Of a stretch of 50,787 nucleotides of DNA, positions 1 through 9,240 are shown in pieces. Source of the stretch: Lysobacterales bacterium CG_4_10_14_3_um_filter_64_11 (GTDB lineage: Bacteria; Pseudomonadota; Gammaproteobacteria; Xanthomonadales; Xanthomonadaceae); assembly GCA_002782905.1 (NCBI GenBank), contig PFJA01000286.1, forward strand, positions 1 to 50,787, in the 5' to 3' direction. The notes beneath the pieces were generated by a model, which saw nothing but the letters and a program-made list of their open reading frames with translations, searched no databases and was not told where the DNA came from. Every line of letters starts with the position of its first letter. The stretch's first letter is position 1. The position numbers were made by a program, and so were the translations under genes.

Positions 1-248
1 CTCATGCCACCGACGCTGGCGGTTACCGCATAGCCGCCGCACCAGCCGACGGCACAGGCATACGCCACCTGATCCATCCATTTCATCACCATGCCGCCGT
101 GCACCTTGCCACCCCAATTAACATCGGTCGGCTGCGAGATCCAGCGGAACAGGCATTCGCGCGGTCGGTTGGGCACGGTTCCACTCCATTGATGAATGCG
201 CCACAGTCTGCCGCAAGTGCCGTTGTTTGGCGACTCAACGCAGACCAA
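1..248 (-). CDS. partial ORF leaving the window at the left edge; unknown Cys/Trp/Gly-rich protein, start codon uncertain (TTG 248, GTG 176, ATG 92 or ATG 86)
   Basis: My own minus-strand translation is open from the TGA at 267-269 to the window edge: LVCVESPNNGTCGRLWRIHQWSGTVPNRPRECLFRWISQPTDVNWGGKVHGGMVMKWMDQVAYACAVGWCGGYAVTASVGGM... It is missing from the ORF track, presumably because it is truncated. GC3 is only moderate and I recognise no family. Confidence 0.25.
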   Translation of the reverse strand, partial: MVCVESPNNGTCGRLWRIHQWSGTVPNRPRECLFRWISQPTDVNWGGKVHGGMVMKWMDQVAYACAVGWCGGYAVTASVGGM

Positions 249-272
249 ATGCAGACTGGTGTGTGCTCAGGC

Positions 273-707
273 TCATTTGCAAGCGCGGGCGACCGTGTCG
301 TCGAGCTGGCGCAGGCGATCAAAGGTGATGGTGTACCAGTGCCGATCGCGTTCTTCTTCGGCGGCAGCACGCGCCCGTGCGCAGGCATTGACGTGCGCTG
401 TGCCGGTAGCCGCGGTGCGTACACGCACGGTTTTGCTGCGCGGCGCGGCCCGGCGAAGGGTTTGCGGGCGGGGCGCGGCCACGCGCGGCACCGGCTCGGC
501 CGTGACATCGCGCTGCCAAACCTGCTGCGCGTTTGCTGCGCAAGGTGCTGACTGGTAGCTGGTTACCGCATCGGCGGCTTGGCATTTGAAGAGTGTTGCA
601 GCATGTACGGCGGCCAACGGTGGCGCAAGGGCCAGCAGCATCAGGACAGCGCGTACCAGTGCCGAAACGCGGTGGCTGATGCCCCGCTTGATGGTTGCTG
701 TGCGCAT
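273..707 (-). CDS. exported DUF4124-like protein
   Basis: 144-aa ORF with signal peptide (LVRAVLMLLALAPPLAAVHA). It is followed by LFKCQ..(x)..TSYQSAPC, which is typical of DUF4124. AAGGGGG lies upstream of the ATG at 707. Confidence 0.6.
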   Translation of the reverse strand: MRTATIKRGISHRVSALVRAVLMLLALAPPLAAVHAATLFKCQAADAVTSYQSAPCAANAQQVWQRDVTAEPVPRVAAPRPQTLRRAAPRSKTVRVRTAATGTAHVNACARARAAAEEERDRHWYTITFDRLRQLDDTVARACK

Positions 708-832
708 TGCCTTGCCCCCTTTGAGTGCTGGCGTGCAGGCTATCGCAGTGCGCGCTCGCGGTCTGTCGGCGAGCGATGGAGCCGCGTGTCAGAAATCTCC
801 GACACGCGGGCGATCATCGCACAGCACCCGAT

Positions 833-2128
833 TCACGGCTGGCGGACGATCTCGCCTTGCTTCATCACCAGCAACGGGGTCTGGGTCGCACGGATAGTGC
901 TGAGCACATTGCCCGGCACCGCCAGCACATCGGCGAACTTGCCCACGCTCAGGGTGCCGGTCTGGGCGTCGATGCCGAGTAGTTTCGCCGCGCCTTGGCT
1001 GCTGCTGAGCAACGCCGCCGACGGCGACATGCCGATATCCACCATGTCGCCGAATTCCTGCGCGTTGAGGCCATGCGGATAGACTGCCGCATCGGTGCCA
1101 AACGCGATCGGCACGCCGATCTGCAACGCCTTCTTGAACATTTCGGTGTGGGCCTTGGCTGCGGCGCGCGCCTTGTCGCCGATCTTCGGCGGATAAGTAT
1201 CGGCCTTGGCGTTCACCCACACTTGGGTCATCCGCGTCGGCACCAGATACACGCCCTTCGCCTTCATCAGTCGCAGCGTGTCGGCGCCCAGAAAGCTGCC
1301 GTGTTCGATCGAGTCCACGCCGGCTTCCACCGCCAGCCGAGCGGCGCGATCGCCATGGCTGTGTGCCGCCACCTTGCGGCCCCAGGCATGGGCCTCGGAC
1401 ATGATGGCGCTGAGCTCGGCCGGCGTGAGCTGCGGTACATCGACCGGGTCGGACTCCGACAACACCCCACCCGAGGCGCAGATCTTGATCACGTCGGCTC
1501 CCCACTTCATCTGGTAGCGCACTGCCGCCCGACATTGCTCCGGGCCATTGCAGACACCCTCGATCGGCCCGGACGGCTTGACCCGCTCGGGTGGAAACGG
1601 TGAATTGTCGCAGTGGCCGCCGCTGGAGCCGATGGAGTGACCCGCAACCAGCATTCGCGGACCTTGGGTCAGGCCATCGTTGATCGCATTGCGCAACGCG
1701 ATATCGATAAAATCTGCCGCGCCGACCTCGCGTACCGTGGTGACCCCGGCCTGCAGCGTGACCTTGGCATTGCGTGCGGCGTGCAACGACTGCTCCACCG
1801 GGAAGCGCAACATGCCCTCGTAAAAACCCTGCGCCCAATCGTCGACGTGATCGTAGGTGATGTGGGTGTGGGCATCGATGATGCCCGGCATCAGGGTGGC
1901 ATCGCCGAGGTCGATGATCGTGCTGTCCGCCGGAATCGCGGCACCGGCGCCCACCGCGATGATGCGCTGGCCACGCACCACCACCACCCCGGGTTCGCTC
2001 AGCCGACCGCTGGCACCATCAAACAGGTGCGCAGCCTTGAGCACGGTCACCGGCTCCGCCGGCGCTTGCGCCAAGGCAAGCCCGGCGCCCAGCGCACTGG
2101 CAAGAAACAACATCCTGTGGTGTTTCAT
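833..2128 (-). CDS. exported metal-dependent amidohydrolase (imidazolonepropionase / Xaa-Pro dipeptidase-like superfamily)
   Basis: Start chosen at the internal MKHHRMLFLASALGAGLALAQA signal peptide (ATG at 2128). Motifs IDAHTHI, AAHSHG and FGTDA are typical of the amidohydrolase fold. Confidence 0.85.
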   Translation of the reverse strand: MKHHRMLFLASALGAGLALAQAPAEPVTVLKAAHLFDGASGRLSEPGVVVVRGQRIIAVGAGAAIPADSTIIDLGDATLMPGIIDAHTHITYDHVDDWAQGFYEGMLRFPVEQSLHAARNAKVTLQAGVTTVREVGAADFIDIALRNAINDGLTQGPRMLVAGHSIGSSGGHCDNSPFPPERVKPSGPIEGVCNGPEQCRAAVRYQMKWGADVIKICASGGVLSESDPVDVPQLTPAELSAIMSEAHAWGRKVAAHSHGDRAARLAVEAGVDSIEHGSFLGADTLRLMKAKGVYLVPTRMTQVWVNAKADTYPPKIGDKARAAAKAHTEMFKKALQIGVPIAFGTDAAVYPHGLNAQEFGDMVDIGMSPSAALLSSSQGAAKLLGIDAQTGTLSVGKFADVLAVPGNVLSTIRATQTPLLVMKQGEIVRQP

Positions 2129-2184
2129 CACGCACTCCCCCAACCATGGACGGAACGGTGAGTGTAGGCGATCTGCAGCGCCGA

Positions 2185-3669
2185 TCAATCCAACCAGTGA
2201 TATGGCGCCGGGTCGAAACGGCGCAGGCGATGGCGAAAGACAAAGGTGAAGTCCGGCCATAGCGTGGTGTTGAGGCCGTCACGGGTGCGGTACCAACTGC
2301 TACAGCCGCCGGTATTCCATACCGTGCGTGCCAGTCGTCGTTGCAGTGCGCTGTTGTAGTTGCGCTGCACGGCGGCATCCACCTCCAGCGCCGCGCCCGG
2401 GCGCTGCGCCAGTTGCGCGATGGCGTCGATGACGTAATTGGCCTGCGCTTCGATCATGTACACCATCGAGTTATGGCCCAAAGCGGTGTTCGGCCCAGTC
2501 ATGATGAACAGGTTGGGAAAACCGCTGACCGTGGTGCCCAGATACGCATTGGGGCCGTCGCGCCAGGCACTATCGAGGTCGACGCCGCGGCGCCCGGTGA
2601 CCGGGAATGGCGCGCATGCTTCGGCCGCTTCAAATCCGGTGCAGGCGATCAGCACATCGAGTGGGTGCTGAACCCCATCGCCGGTCACGGCCGCAGTGGT
2701 AGCGATGCGCGTGATCGGTGCGGTGACGAGTTGCACGTTGTCGCGGCACAGTGCCGGATAAAAATCGCTCGCCAACAACACCCGCTTGCAACCGACGCGG
2801 TAATTCGGTGTCAGTTGCGCGCGCAGTTGCCGATTGCGCACTTGCCAGCGCAATTGCAGGCGCGGCAGGATTTCCAACACGCGCAACAGTGCCGGCAGGC
2901 GGGTGAAGGCTACCGCGAACAGTTCATGCCGCCAGTAGTTGAACACCCGGCTGATGCGCTGCGTTGACGGCCAGCGCCGGTACAGCGCCTTGCGCCAATG
3001 CGGTGCCGCCCAGTTGGGTTTGCCGATGATCCAGGCCGGGGTGCGCTGGAACAGCGTTACCTGCGCCGCCTGCCCGACGATGGCCGGTAGCACCTGGATC
3101 GCGCTGGCACCGGTGCCGATCAGGCCGACCCGCTTGCCGGCCAGCGTGATGTCCGCCGGCCACCGTGCGCTGTGAAAGCTGGCGCCGGCAAATTGCGCGA
3201 TTCCCGGAATGTCCGGTAGCTTGGGTCGGCTCAGGCCGCCGGTTGCCAGAATCAGCGAACGCGCGTGAAAGACCTGCGCCGCGTTGGCAACCTCGATTCG
3301 CCAATGCCGCCGCTCCTCATCAAAACGTGCGGCGGTTACCGGGTGATTGAAGCGCATCTGCGCGCGCACGCAAAAACGATCGGCGCACTGGTTGAGGTAC
3401 TTCTCGATTTCCGCTTGCGCCGGATACGCGCGCGACCAGTCGGGGTTGGGCGCAAACGAAAAGCAGTACAGGCTGGACGGGATGTCGCAGGCAGCGCCGG
3501 GATAACGATTGGCCTGCCAGGTTCCGCCGAGGCTCGGTGCCTGCTCCAGCAACACGAAACGCTGCCCGGCCTGGCGCAGGCGAATCGCCATGCACAAGCC
3601 GGCAAAACCGGCGCCGACGATCACGGCATCGTATTCAGGCGGCAACGCAGCGGGATTGGCATCGGTCAT
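2185..3669 (-). CDS. FAD/NADPH-dependent Baeyer-Villiger-type flavin monooxygenase
   Basis: Rossmann motifs GAGFAGL and GTGASA are present. The type I BVMO fingerprint FxGxxxHxxxWP appears as FAGASFHSARWP. Start set at MTDANP (ATG 3669). Confidence 0.85.
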   Translation of the reverse strand: MTDANPAALPPEYDAVIVGAGFAGLCMAIRLRQAGQRFVLLEQAPSLGGTWQANRYPGAACDIPSSLYCFSFAPNPDWSRAYPAQAEIEKYLNQCADRFCVRAQMRFNHPVTAARFDEERRHWRIEVANAAQVFHARSLILATGGLSRPKLPDIPGIAQFAGASFHSARWPADITLAGKRVGLIGTGASAIQVLPAIVGQAAQVTLFQRTPAWIIGKPNWAAPHWRKALYRRWPSTQRISRVFNYWRHELFAVAFTRLPALLRVLEILPRLQLRWQVRNRQLRAQLTPNYRVGCKRVLLASDFYPALCRDNVQLVTAPITRIATTAAVTGDGVQHPLDVLIACTGFEAAEACAPFPVTGRRGVDLDSAWRDGPNAYLGTTVSGFPNLFIMTGPNTALGHNSMVYMIEAQANYVIDAIAQLAQRPGAALEVDAAVQRNYNSALQRRLARTVWNTGGCSSWYRTRDGLNTTLWPDFTFVFRHRLRRFDPAPYHWLD

Positions 3670-3725
3670 CACGGCGCATCGATGGCACGGAGCCGCCAGC
3701 ATAGCGCGTCACTGTGATGCGGCAA

Positions 3726-5213
3726 TCAACGTGCGCCCAGTTGCGCCGGCGTTACCGGCGTTTCCGGCGTCGTCATGATCTGCCGACGCAGCGCGAGTGA
3801 CTGCGCCTCGTCTGACAACTTGGCGCGATCGGAATCCACGCGCAGCCCCAGTGCCGCGTAGCTGCCGTTGAGGCTGGGGAAATGCCGCGATGTGGCGTGT
3901 CTGAGTGCCAGCCGCGAAAACACGTCGCTCTCACTGAGCGCATCGAGGCGGGCGATGAACGCATCGGGATCGACTCGGCCCGCCTCCGGCAGACAACACC
4001 GCGAATACGCAGCGAGCACTTGCTCAAGGCCAAGGCCGCGTTCGCGGTGCAGGGCGATATCCGCCTCCAGCCAGAATGCCGCGCCGCCCCAATAGATGCG
4101 CATCACCGGCCAGCCACCACGCTGACCTGACGCCCGCTGCCGCGGAGCACGGCTGATTTCAGCCAGTGAAACGCCCGCGGCGGCGTTGCGGCCACGGCCA
4201 AAGCCGGCGTCGAGTTGTTCCCAGGCATAGGCTTCGCTGACGATGCCAGCGCGCGCGCGCAGCACATTCTGGTAATAACTGGCCAGGCCCTCGGCCAGCC
4301 AGCGCCCACTGTTGCCCAGATACGGATGAAAGAAGTGGGAGAACTCATGGATTGCGGTCCAGTCGTCACGCAGTTGCGCAACCGTGGCATCGCGGCGCAC
4401 GAACAATTGCACCGCCACCCCGGCGCCGCGCGTGGTTTGGCCCCAGGGCACGGGGCTCTTGCTGCGCGAGCTGATCTCGATCACCAGCACCTGCGCGCTG
4501 CGCACCGGAAACCGCCGGTAAGCGGTGAGCGTTGCACTCGCCACTTCCCGCAGCCATCCGTGCAACGCATCGGCGCGCTGCCGCGAGCGCGCATCGATCA
4601 CCGCGATGCGAAGCTCGCTGCCGTCGCCCGCCGCAACGATGCGTTCATCCACCGCACCGAACACCGCCCACGCAGGCCAATCGCCACCACCTGCTTGCAG
4701 CACGTAGACTCGCCGCGAACGATCGCGTGGCTGCCAGGGCAACGATGCGTGCATGCCCGGCGGCAGGTCCAGCGTCACCGTGCCGGCCTCATCGGCGCGC
4801 CACAGCAAAACGCCGGCGCTGATCATCCAACTGCCACTGGCGGTCTGGATGCCCTCATCACGGCCATTGGAGCGACTCGCGCGCGCAGCCGCAATCCGGT
4901 AATGGATGCAGGCACCCGCCGGCACTGCGCCCGCGATCAGGCGATCGCCGCTGCGCTGCAATGCACCGTCATCGCTGCGGGCGTAGCCGAGCAAAAAATC
5001 AGTGGCGCCTTCCTGCGCACGCAATTGCAACTGCGGGTAATCACGATCGGCGCACGCCGCGACGCGCAACTCGCCAGCGGCCTTGTCGATGGAAACCCGG
5101 TAATCGATCGCGGCACTCGCCGCAGTGGCAAGCAATGCACCGGCAACACCCAGCAACATGCGGGCAGTGCGCCAGATACAGCGCCGGTTTCGCGGTTGGT
5201 ATTGGGCTGACAT
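3726..5213 (-). CDS. exported MA-clan zinc metallopeptidase (M61-like)
   Basis: Signal peptide (MLLGVAGALLATAASAA). HEFSHFFHP...WLAEGLASYY resembles the HExxH...EG.TxYY arrangement of M61 glycyl aminopeptidases. Start set at MSAQYQ (ATG 5213). Confidence 0.7.
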   Translation of the reverse strand: MSAQYQPRNRRCIWRTARMLLGVAGALLATAASAAIDYRVSIDKAAGELRVAACADRDYPQLQLRAQEGATDFLLGYARSDDGALQRSGDRLIAGAVPAGACIHYRIAAARASRSNGRDEGIQTASGSWMISAGVLLWRADEAGTVTLDLPPGMHASLPWQPRDRSRRVYVLQAGGGDWPAWAVFGAVDERIVAAGDGSELRIAVIDARSRQRADALHGWLREVASATLTAYRRFPVRSAQVLVIEISSRSKSPVPWGQTTRGAGVAVQLFVRRDATVAQLRDDWTAIHEFSHFFHPYLGNSGRWLAEGLASYYQNVLRARAGIVSEAYAWEQLDAGFGRGRNAAAGVSLAEISRAPRQRASGQRGGWPVMRIYWGGAAFWLEADIALHRERGLGLEQVLAAYSRCCLPEAGRVDPDAFIARLDALSESDVFSRLALRHATSRHFPSLNGSYAALGLRVDSDRAKLSDEAQSLALRRQIMTTPETPVTPAQLGAR

Positions 5214-5252
5214 GAAAACCTTGATGTGCAACAACGCGCAGCGTGTCATTGT

Positions 5253-5292
5253 CCCCCTCCCCCGCGTGCGGGGGAGGGCCGGGGTGGGGGAG
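5253..5292. repeat. GC-rich palindromic intergenic element (CCCCCTCCCCCGC-GTG-CGGGGGAGGG followed by CCGGGGTGGGGGAG)
   Basis: About a 10-bp perfect stem read directly. This sequence type (reads as ...PLPRAGEGRGG... when translated) is a common REP-like intergenic element in high-GC proteobacteria. Confidence 0.4.
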
Positions 5293-5410
5293 CGATCATG
5301 GCGAATGGCCGTTGCATCATCCGGGGTGGCGATTCGCCATGCACGTTAGTAACACGGTAGCGGCCAAGGTTCCGTGAATGGCGGCGGAGCCGCCCGGCTA
5401 CAATGGCGGC

Positions 5411-7573
5411 ATGGACGTTTCCCACCTGCTCGACCCGCTCAACCCGGCGCAGCGCGCCGCCGTTGCCGCCGACCCCGGCCACTATCTGGTGCTCGCCGGT
5501 GCCGGCTCGGGCAAGACCCGCGTGCTCACCCACCGCATTGCCTGGTTGACCGAAGTGCTGGGCGTGCCGAGCCACGGCGTGTTCGCCGTCACCTTCACCA
5601 ACAAGGCCGCTGGCGAAATGCGCGCGCGGCTGCAAGAGCAACTGCGCGATGGCATACGCGGCATGTGGGTGGGCACCTTTCATGGCATCGCCCACAAACT
5701 GCTGCGCATGCACTGGCAGGAAGCCGGGTTGCCCGAATCGTTTCAGGTGCTCGACAGCGACGACCAGTTGCGCCTGATCAAGCGGGTGATGGCCGATCTG
5801 GAAATCGATGACACCCGCTTCCCGCCGCGCCAGGCGACGTGGTGGATCAACGCACAAAAAGATGAAGGCCGGCGCCCGGACAACATCCAGACCAGTGGTG
5901 ATTTTCTGGCGCAGACGTTCGTTCGTGTGTATGCCGCGTACGAGGAACGCTGCCGTCGCTCCGGGCTGGTCGACTTCGCCGAACTGCTGTTGCGCGCACA
6001 CGAGTTGCTGCGCCAGCAACCCGCGCTGCTGGCGCATTACCAGAGCCGCTTCGGCCACATTCTGGTGGACGAGTTTCAGGATACCAACGCCATTCAGTAC
6101 GCGATGATCCGGGTGCTGGCGGGCGAGCGCGGGCAGGTGTTCGTGGTCGGTGACGATGATCAGGCGATCTACGGCTGGCGCGGTGCACAGGTCGAAAACG
6201 TGCAACGTTTCCTGCGTGATTACCCCGGTGCCAGCACCTTGCGGCTGGAGCAGAACTACCGCTCCACCGGCAGCATTCTGGCTGCCGCCAATGCGGTGAT
6301 CACGCACAACCCCGACCGCCTTGGCAAACAGTTGTGGACCGCGGCCGGCGAGGGTGAACCGATCGATCTGTACGCCGCCTACAACGAAATCGACGAGGCG
6401 CAGTACGTGATCGGCCGGATTGCCGCCTGGGTGCGCAATGGCGGCAGCCACGGTGATTGCGCGGTGCTGTACCGCTCCAATGCGCAGTCACGGGCGTTGG
6501 AAGAGCAACTGGTGCAGGCCGATATGCCGTACCGGGTGTACGGCGGCCTGCGCTTTTTCGAACGTGCCGAAATCAAGGATACTCTCGCTTACCTGCGCCT
6601 GATCGCCAACCGCAATGACGATGCCGCATTCGAACGCGCGGTGAATACGCCGACCCGTGGCATCGGCAGCCGCACACTGGATCTGGTGCGTCAGCTCGCA
6701 CGCGCGCAGGCAAGCTCGCTATGGCAAGCCAGCGAGCAACTGAGCACCGATGTCAGCCTGGCTGGCCGCGCCCGCAATGCCTTGCGCGGCTTCATCGAAC
6801 TGATCGCTGCGCTGGCCATCGAGCTCGATGCCATGACACTGGCCGAACAGATCGATCATGTGCTGGCGCGCTCGGGCCTGCGCGCGCACTACGCAGAAGA
6901 ATCGCGCGGCACGCTCGATGCGCGCACCGACAACCTCGACGAGTTGGTGTCGCTGGCAACGCGTTTCGTGCGCAGCGACGACGAAGAGTTGCAGGGTATG
7001 TCCGATTTGGTTGCCTTTCTCGCCCATGCCTCGCTGGAAGCCGGCGACGGCCAGGCCGAGGCCGGCAGCGACGGCGTGCAGTTGATGACACTGCATTCGG
7101 CCAAAGGCCTGGAGTTCGATCTGGTGTTCGTCACCGGCCTCGAAGAGGGCCTGTTTCCGAGCGCTCGCTCGCTGCAAGAATCCGGTCGGCTGGAGGAAGA
7201 ACGTCGCCTGGCCTACGTCGGCATCACCCGCGCCCGGCAACGGCTGGTGCTGAGTTATGCGCAAACCCGGCGCATCCACGGCAGCGATGCCTACAACCCG
7301 CCTTCGCGTTTTCTGCGCGAGATCCCGCCCGCGCTGCTGCACGAAGTGCGCGCCACGGTGCAGACCGCGCGGCCACGATTCGACACCCCTGCGCGATCGC
7401 CATCGGGCGGCAACGGCTTGGCGCTCGGCCAGCGCGTCAGCCACCCCAGCTTCGGCGAAGGCGTGTTGGTCGATTGCGAGGGCAGCGGCGCACACGCACG
7501 GGTGCAGGTGAACTTCGAGCAGGCTGGCTGCAAATGGCTGGTGTTGGCCTACGCCAAATTGAGTGCGCGGTAA
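5411..7573 (+). CDS. uvrD: ATP-dependent DNA helicase II (UvrD)
   Basis: SF1 helicase motifs are present: AGAGSGKT, VDEFQDTN, LEQNYRS, LMTLHSAKGLEF and VGITRA. Length is about 720 aa. Start set at MDVSHLLDPLN (ATG 5411). Confidence 0.95.
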   Translation: MDVSHLLDPLNPAQRAAVAADPGHYLVLAGAGSGKTRVLTHRIAWLTEVLGVPSHGVFAVTFTNKAAGEMRARLQEQLRDGIRGMWVGTFHGIAHKLLRMHWQEAGLPESFQVLDSDDQLRLIKRVMADLEIDDTRFPPRQATWWINAQKDEGRRPDNIQTSGDFLAQTFVRVYAAYEERCRRSGLVDFAELLLRAHELLRQQPALLAHYQSRFGHILVDEFQDTNAIQYAMIRVLAGERGQVFVVGDDDQAIYGWRGAQVENVQRFLRDYPGASTLRLEQNYRSTGSILAAANAVITHNPDRLGKQLWTAAGEGEPIDLYAAYNEIDEAQYVIGRIAAWVRNGGSHGDCAVLYRSNAQSRALEEQLVQADMPYRVYGGLRFFERAEIKDTLAYLRLIANRNDDAAFERAVNTPTRGIGSRTLDLVRQLARAQASSLWQASEQLSTDVSLAGRARNALRGFIELIAALAIELDAMTLAEQIDHVLARSGLRAHYAEESRGTLDARTDNLDELVSLATRFVRSDDEELQGMSDLVAFLAHASLEAGDGQAEAGSDGVQLMTLHSAKGLEFDLVFVTGLEEGLFPSARSLQESGRLEEERRLAYVGITRARQRLVLSYAQTRRIHGSDAYNPPSRFLREIPPALLHEVRATVQTARPRFDTPARSPSGGNGLALGQRVSHPSFGEGVLVDCEGSGAHARVQVNFEQAGCKWLVLAYAKLSAR

Positions 7574-7585
7574 CCGATTACCGCG
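7566..7585. terminator. 8-bp perfect palindrome spanning the convergent stop codons of uvrD and the dipeptidase gene
   Basis: CGCGGTAA-ccga-TTACCGCG. The TAA of uvrD (7571-7573) and the TAA of the minus-strand gene (7578-7580) each form part of one arm. There is no U-tract. Confidence 0.35.
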
Positions 7586-8732
7586 TCTGCACGGCCGTGA
7601 ACACGCGCAGGAAATTGCCACCGACCAGCTTGGCGACCTCGTCCTCGGCAAGGCCGCGCTGGAATAGGCCAGCCACATAAACCGGCAGCTTGGCATAGCT
7701 GTCGAGCACCGGTTTGTAGTTGGCATCCATGTCGGTACCCAGGCATACGTGATCGATGCCGACGCGATCGATCAGCTCCAGGGTGCGGTCGACAAACCCA
7801 TTCAGATCGCTGATCCCAATGCCGGCCGGCCAGGCCCCGATCACGCCGCCGCCAGCGCTGGCGGTGGCGGTTGCCAGTTCTTGCGAAATGAAACGCGGTG
7901 GCGCACCCGCTGCGTGTTGATGGACATGGGTGTGCGAGGCCATGACCGGGCGGGTGCTGACCGCCAACGCGCCGAACGCAGTGGCCTCGCTGGCGTGGGC
8001 GAGATCGACGATCATGCCGACCCGGTTCATCTCGCGCACGACGGCGGTACCGGCACGAGTGAGGCCGCCATGGCGCGGTGCTTCGGTCATGATGTCGCCC
8101 AGTTCGTTGTGGCGGTAATGCATCAGGGTGATCGAACGCACGCCATCCGCGTACGCTTCGCCCACCCGTTCGGGCTTGCCTTCGAGAAAGTCGCCGCCCT
8201 CGACGGTGAGCAACGCGCCGATCTGGCCTTGCGCTCGCACTGCCGCGATGTCGGCCGGCCGATCGATGCGCTGCACCCACCCGGACCCAACCAACGCATT
8301 GAGGTTGTCGATCTGGCGGCGATAGCTGGCCCACGCTTCGCCCGGTTCGAACGCGCGCGCACTGGTCAAGCCGGTAGCATCGGACAATGCGAGCGTTTGA
8401 AAATCGGCAACGGCAGCGAAGGCGGCGACATCGACGCCACCGGCACGCATATCCGCCAACGTGCGCCGTTCAAAAGTGCCGCGCCACGCATACAGCCGCA
8501 CCATGCCGCGGACATGTTCGGCACCGCGCACAAAGGTGCGGCCCGGATGGGCGTGCGCATCGATGACCGGGTGTGCGGCAAGAAATGCCTGCGCCCGCGC
8601 CAACTCATCGTCGCGGTAGGCAAAGCCGGTCGGTGCGGTGGGTTGCCGCAACAGCCACCAGCCAGCGCTGCCGATTGCGAGCAACACGGTACTGCCACCT
8701 ACCAGCAGGCGGCGGCGGGTCAGCACGGCCAT
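7578..8732 (-). CDS. Tat-exported membrane dipeptidase, peptidase family M19 (renal dipeptidase / dehydropeptidase-like)
   Basis: M19-like blocks VIDAHAHP, ITLMHYRHN, GMIVDLAHASE, GTDMD and NFLRVF. A twin-arginine leader MAVLTRRRLLVGG follows a GGGAGGG RBS (ATG 8732). The longer track ORF would overlap the upstream gene. Confidence 0.85.
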   Translation of the reverse strand: MAVLTRRRLLVGGSTVLLAIGSAGWWLLRQPTAPTGFAYRDDELARAQAFLAAHPVIDAHAHPGRTFVRGAEHVRGMVRLYAWRGTFERRTLADMRAGGVDVAAFAAVADFQTLALSDATGLTSARAFEPGEAWASYRRQIDNLNALVGSGWVQRIDRPADIAAVRAQGQIGALLTVEGGDFLEGKPERVGEAYADGVRSITLMHYRHNELGDIMTEAPRHGGLTRAGTAVVREMNRVGMIVDLAHASEATAFGALAVSTRPVMASHTHVHQHAAGAPPRFISQELATATASAGGGVIGAWPAGIGISDLNGFVDRTLELIDRVGIDHVCLGTDMDANYKPVLDSYAKLPVYVAGLFQRGLAEDEVAKLVGGNFLRVFTAVQTR

Positions 8733-8754
8733 TACCCTCCCAAGGTCAGGTGAT

Positions 8755-9240
8755 TCATGGCGATGTCGGTTGTTCGGGCTCGCCGACAAAGGCGATGGCG
8801 TCGATTTCGATCAAAATCGGTGCCGTGCCGAAATCGACGCCGGGGATGGTGGTGCGTACCGGCAACGGTTGCTGCGTGAAATAGCTTTGATAAACCGCGT
8901 TCATTGCCGCCATATCGGTCGCCGAGCGCAGCAAGACCGTGGTTTTCACCACGTCGGCCAGACCCACGCCTTCGCCCGCCAGTGCCGCCTTGAGGTTGTC
9001 GAGCACCAACCGGGTCTGGCGGTCGATATCACCGCCATGTCGCCATTGGCCAGTGGCCGGATCGCGCGGGATCTGCCCGGACACGAACACCCACGCGCCC
9101 ACCCGCCGCGTTACCGCATACGGGCTGGCAGCGGCCGCGGTGGCGGCTGCGGCCACGCGGTCGTGTGCCGCAACGCAAGCTGGCGTTAGCGCCAGCAACA
9201 GCACCAGCGCGCCGCAACCGGCTGACGCACGATCAACCAT
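8755..9240 (-). CDS. exported RidA/YjgF/UK114-family enamine/imine deaminase
   Basis: RidA fold blocks VFVSGQIP, DIDRQTRLVLDNLKAAL, VVKTTVLL and IEIDAIA. The N-terminus is signal-peptide-like (ALVLLLALTPACVAA). The start ATG overlaps the receptor stop (TGATG at 9238-9242). Confidence 0.8.
   Translation of the reverse strand: MVDRASAGCGALVLLLALTPACVAAHDRVAAAATAAAASPYAVTRRVGAWVFVSGQIPRDPATGQWRHGGDIDRQTRLVLDNLKAALAGEGVGLADVVKTTVLLRSATDMAAMNAVYQSYFTQQPLPVRTTIPGVDFGTAPILIEIDAIAFVGEPEQPTSP

Noticed and set aside
5246-6451. 401-aa ORF antisense to uvrD. Similar long antisense ORFs lie at 7749-8753, 9165-10421, 13891-15363, 15514-16650, 17704-18546, 21328-22506, 27511-28644, 30902-32017, 31902-32885, 33559-34770, 35758-36843, 38271-40073, 40163-41230, 44245-45225, 45526-47154 and 49734-50609.
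   Set aside because: These are typical high-GC shadow ORFs. They are Arg/Ala/Gly/Pro-rich, have no recognisable motifs, and each lies fully opposite a gene with strong family signatures.
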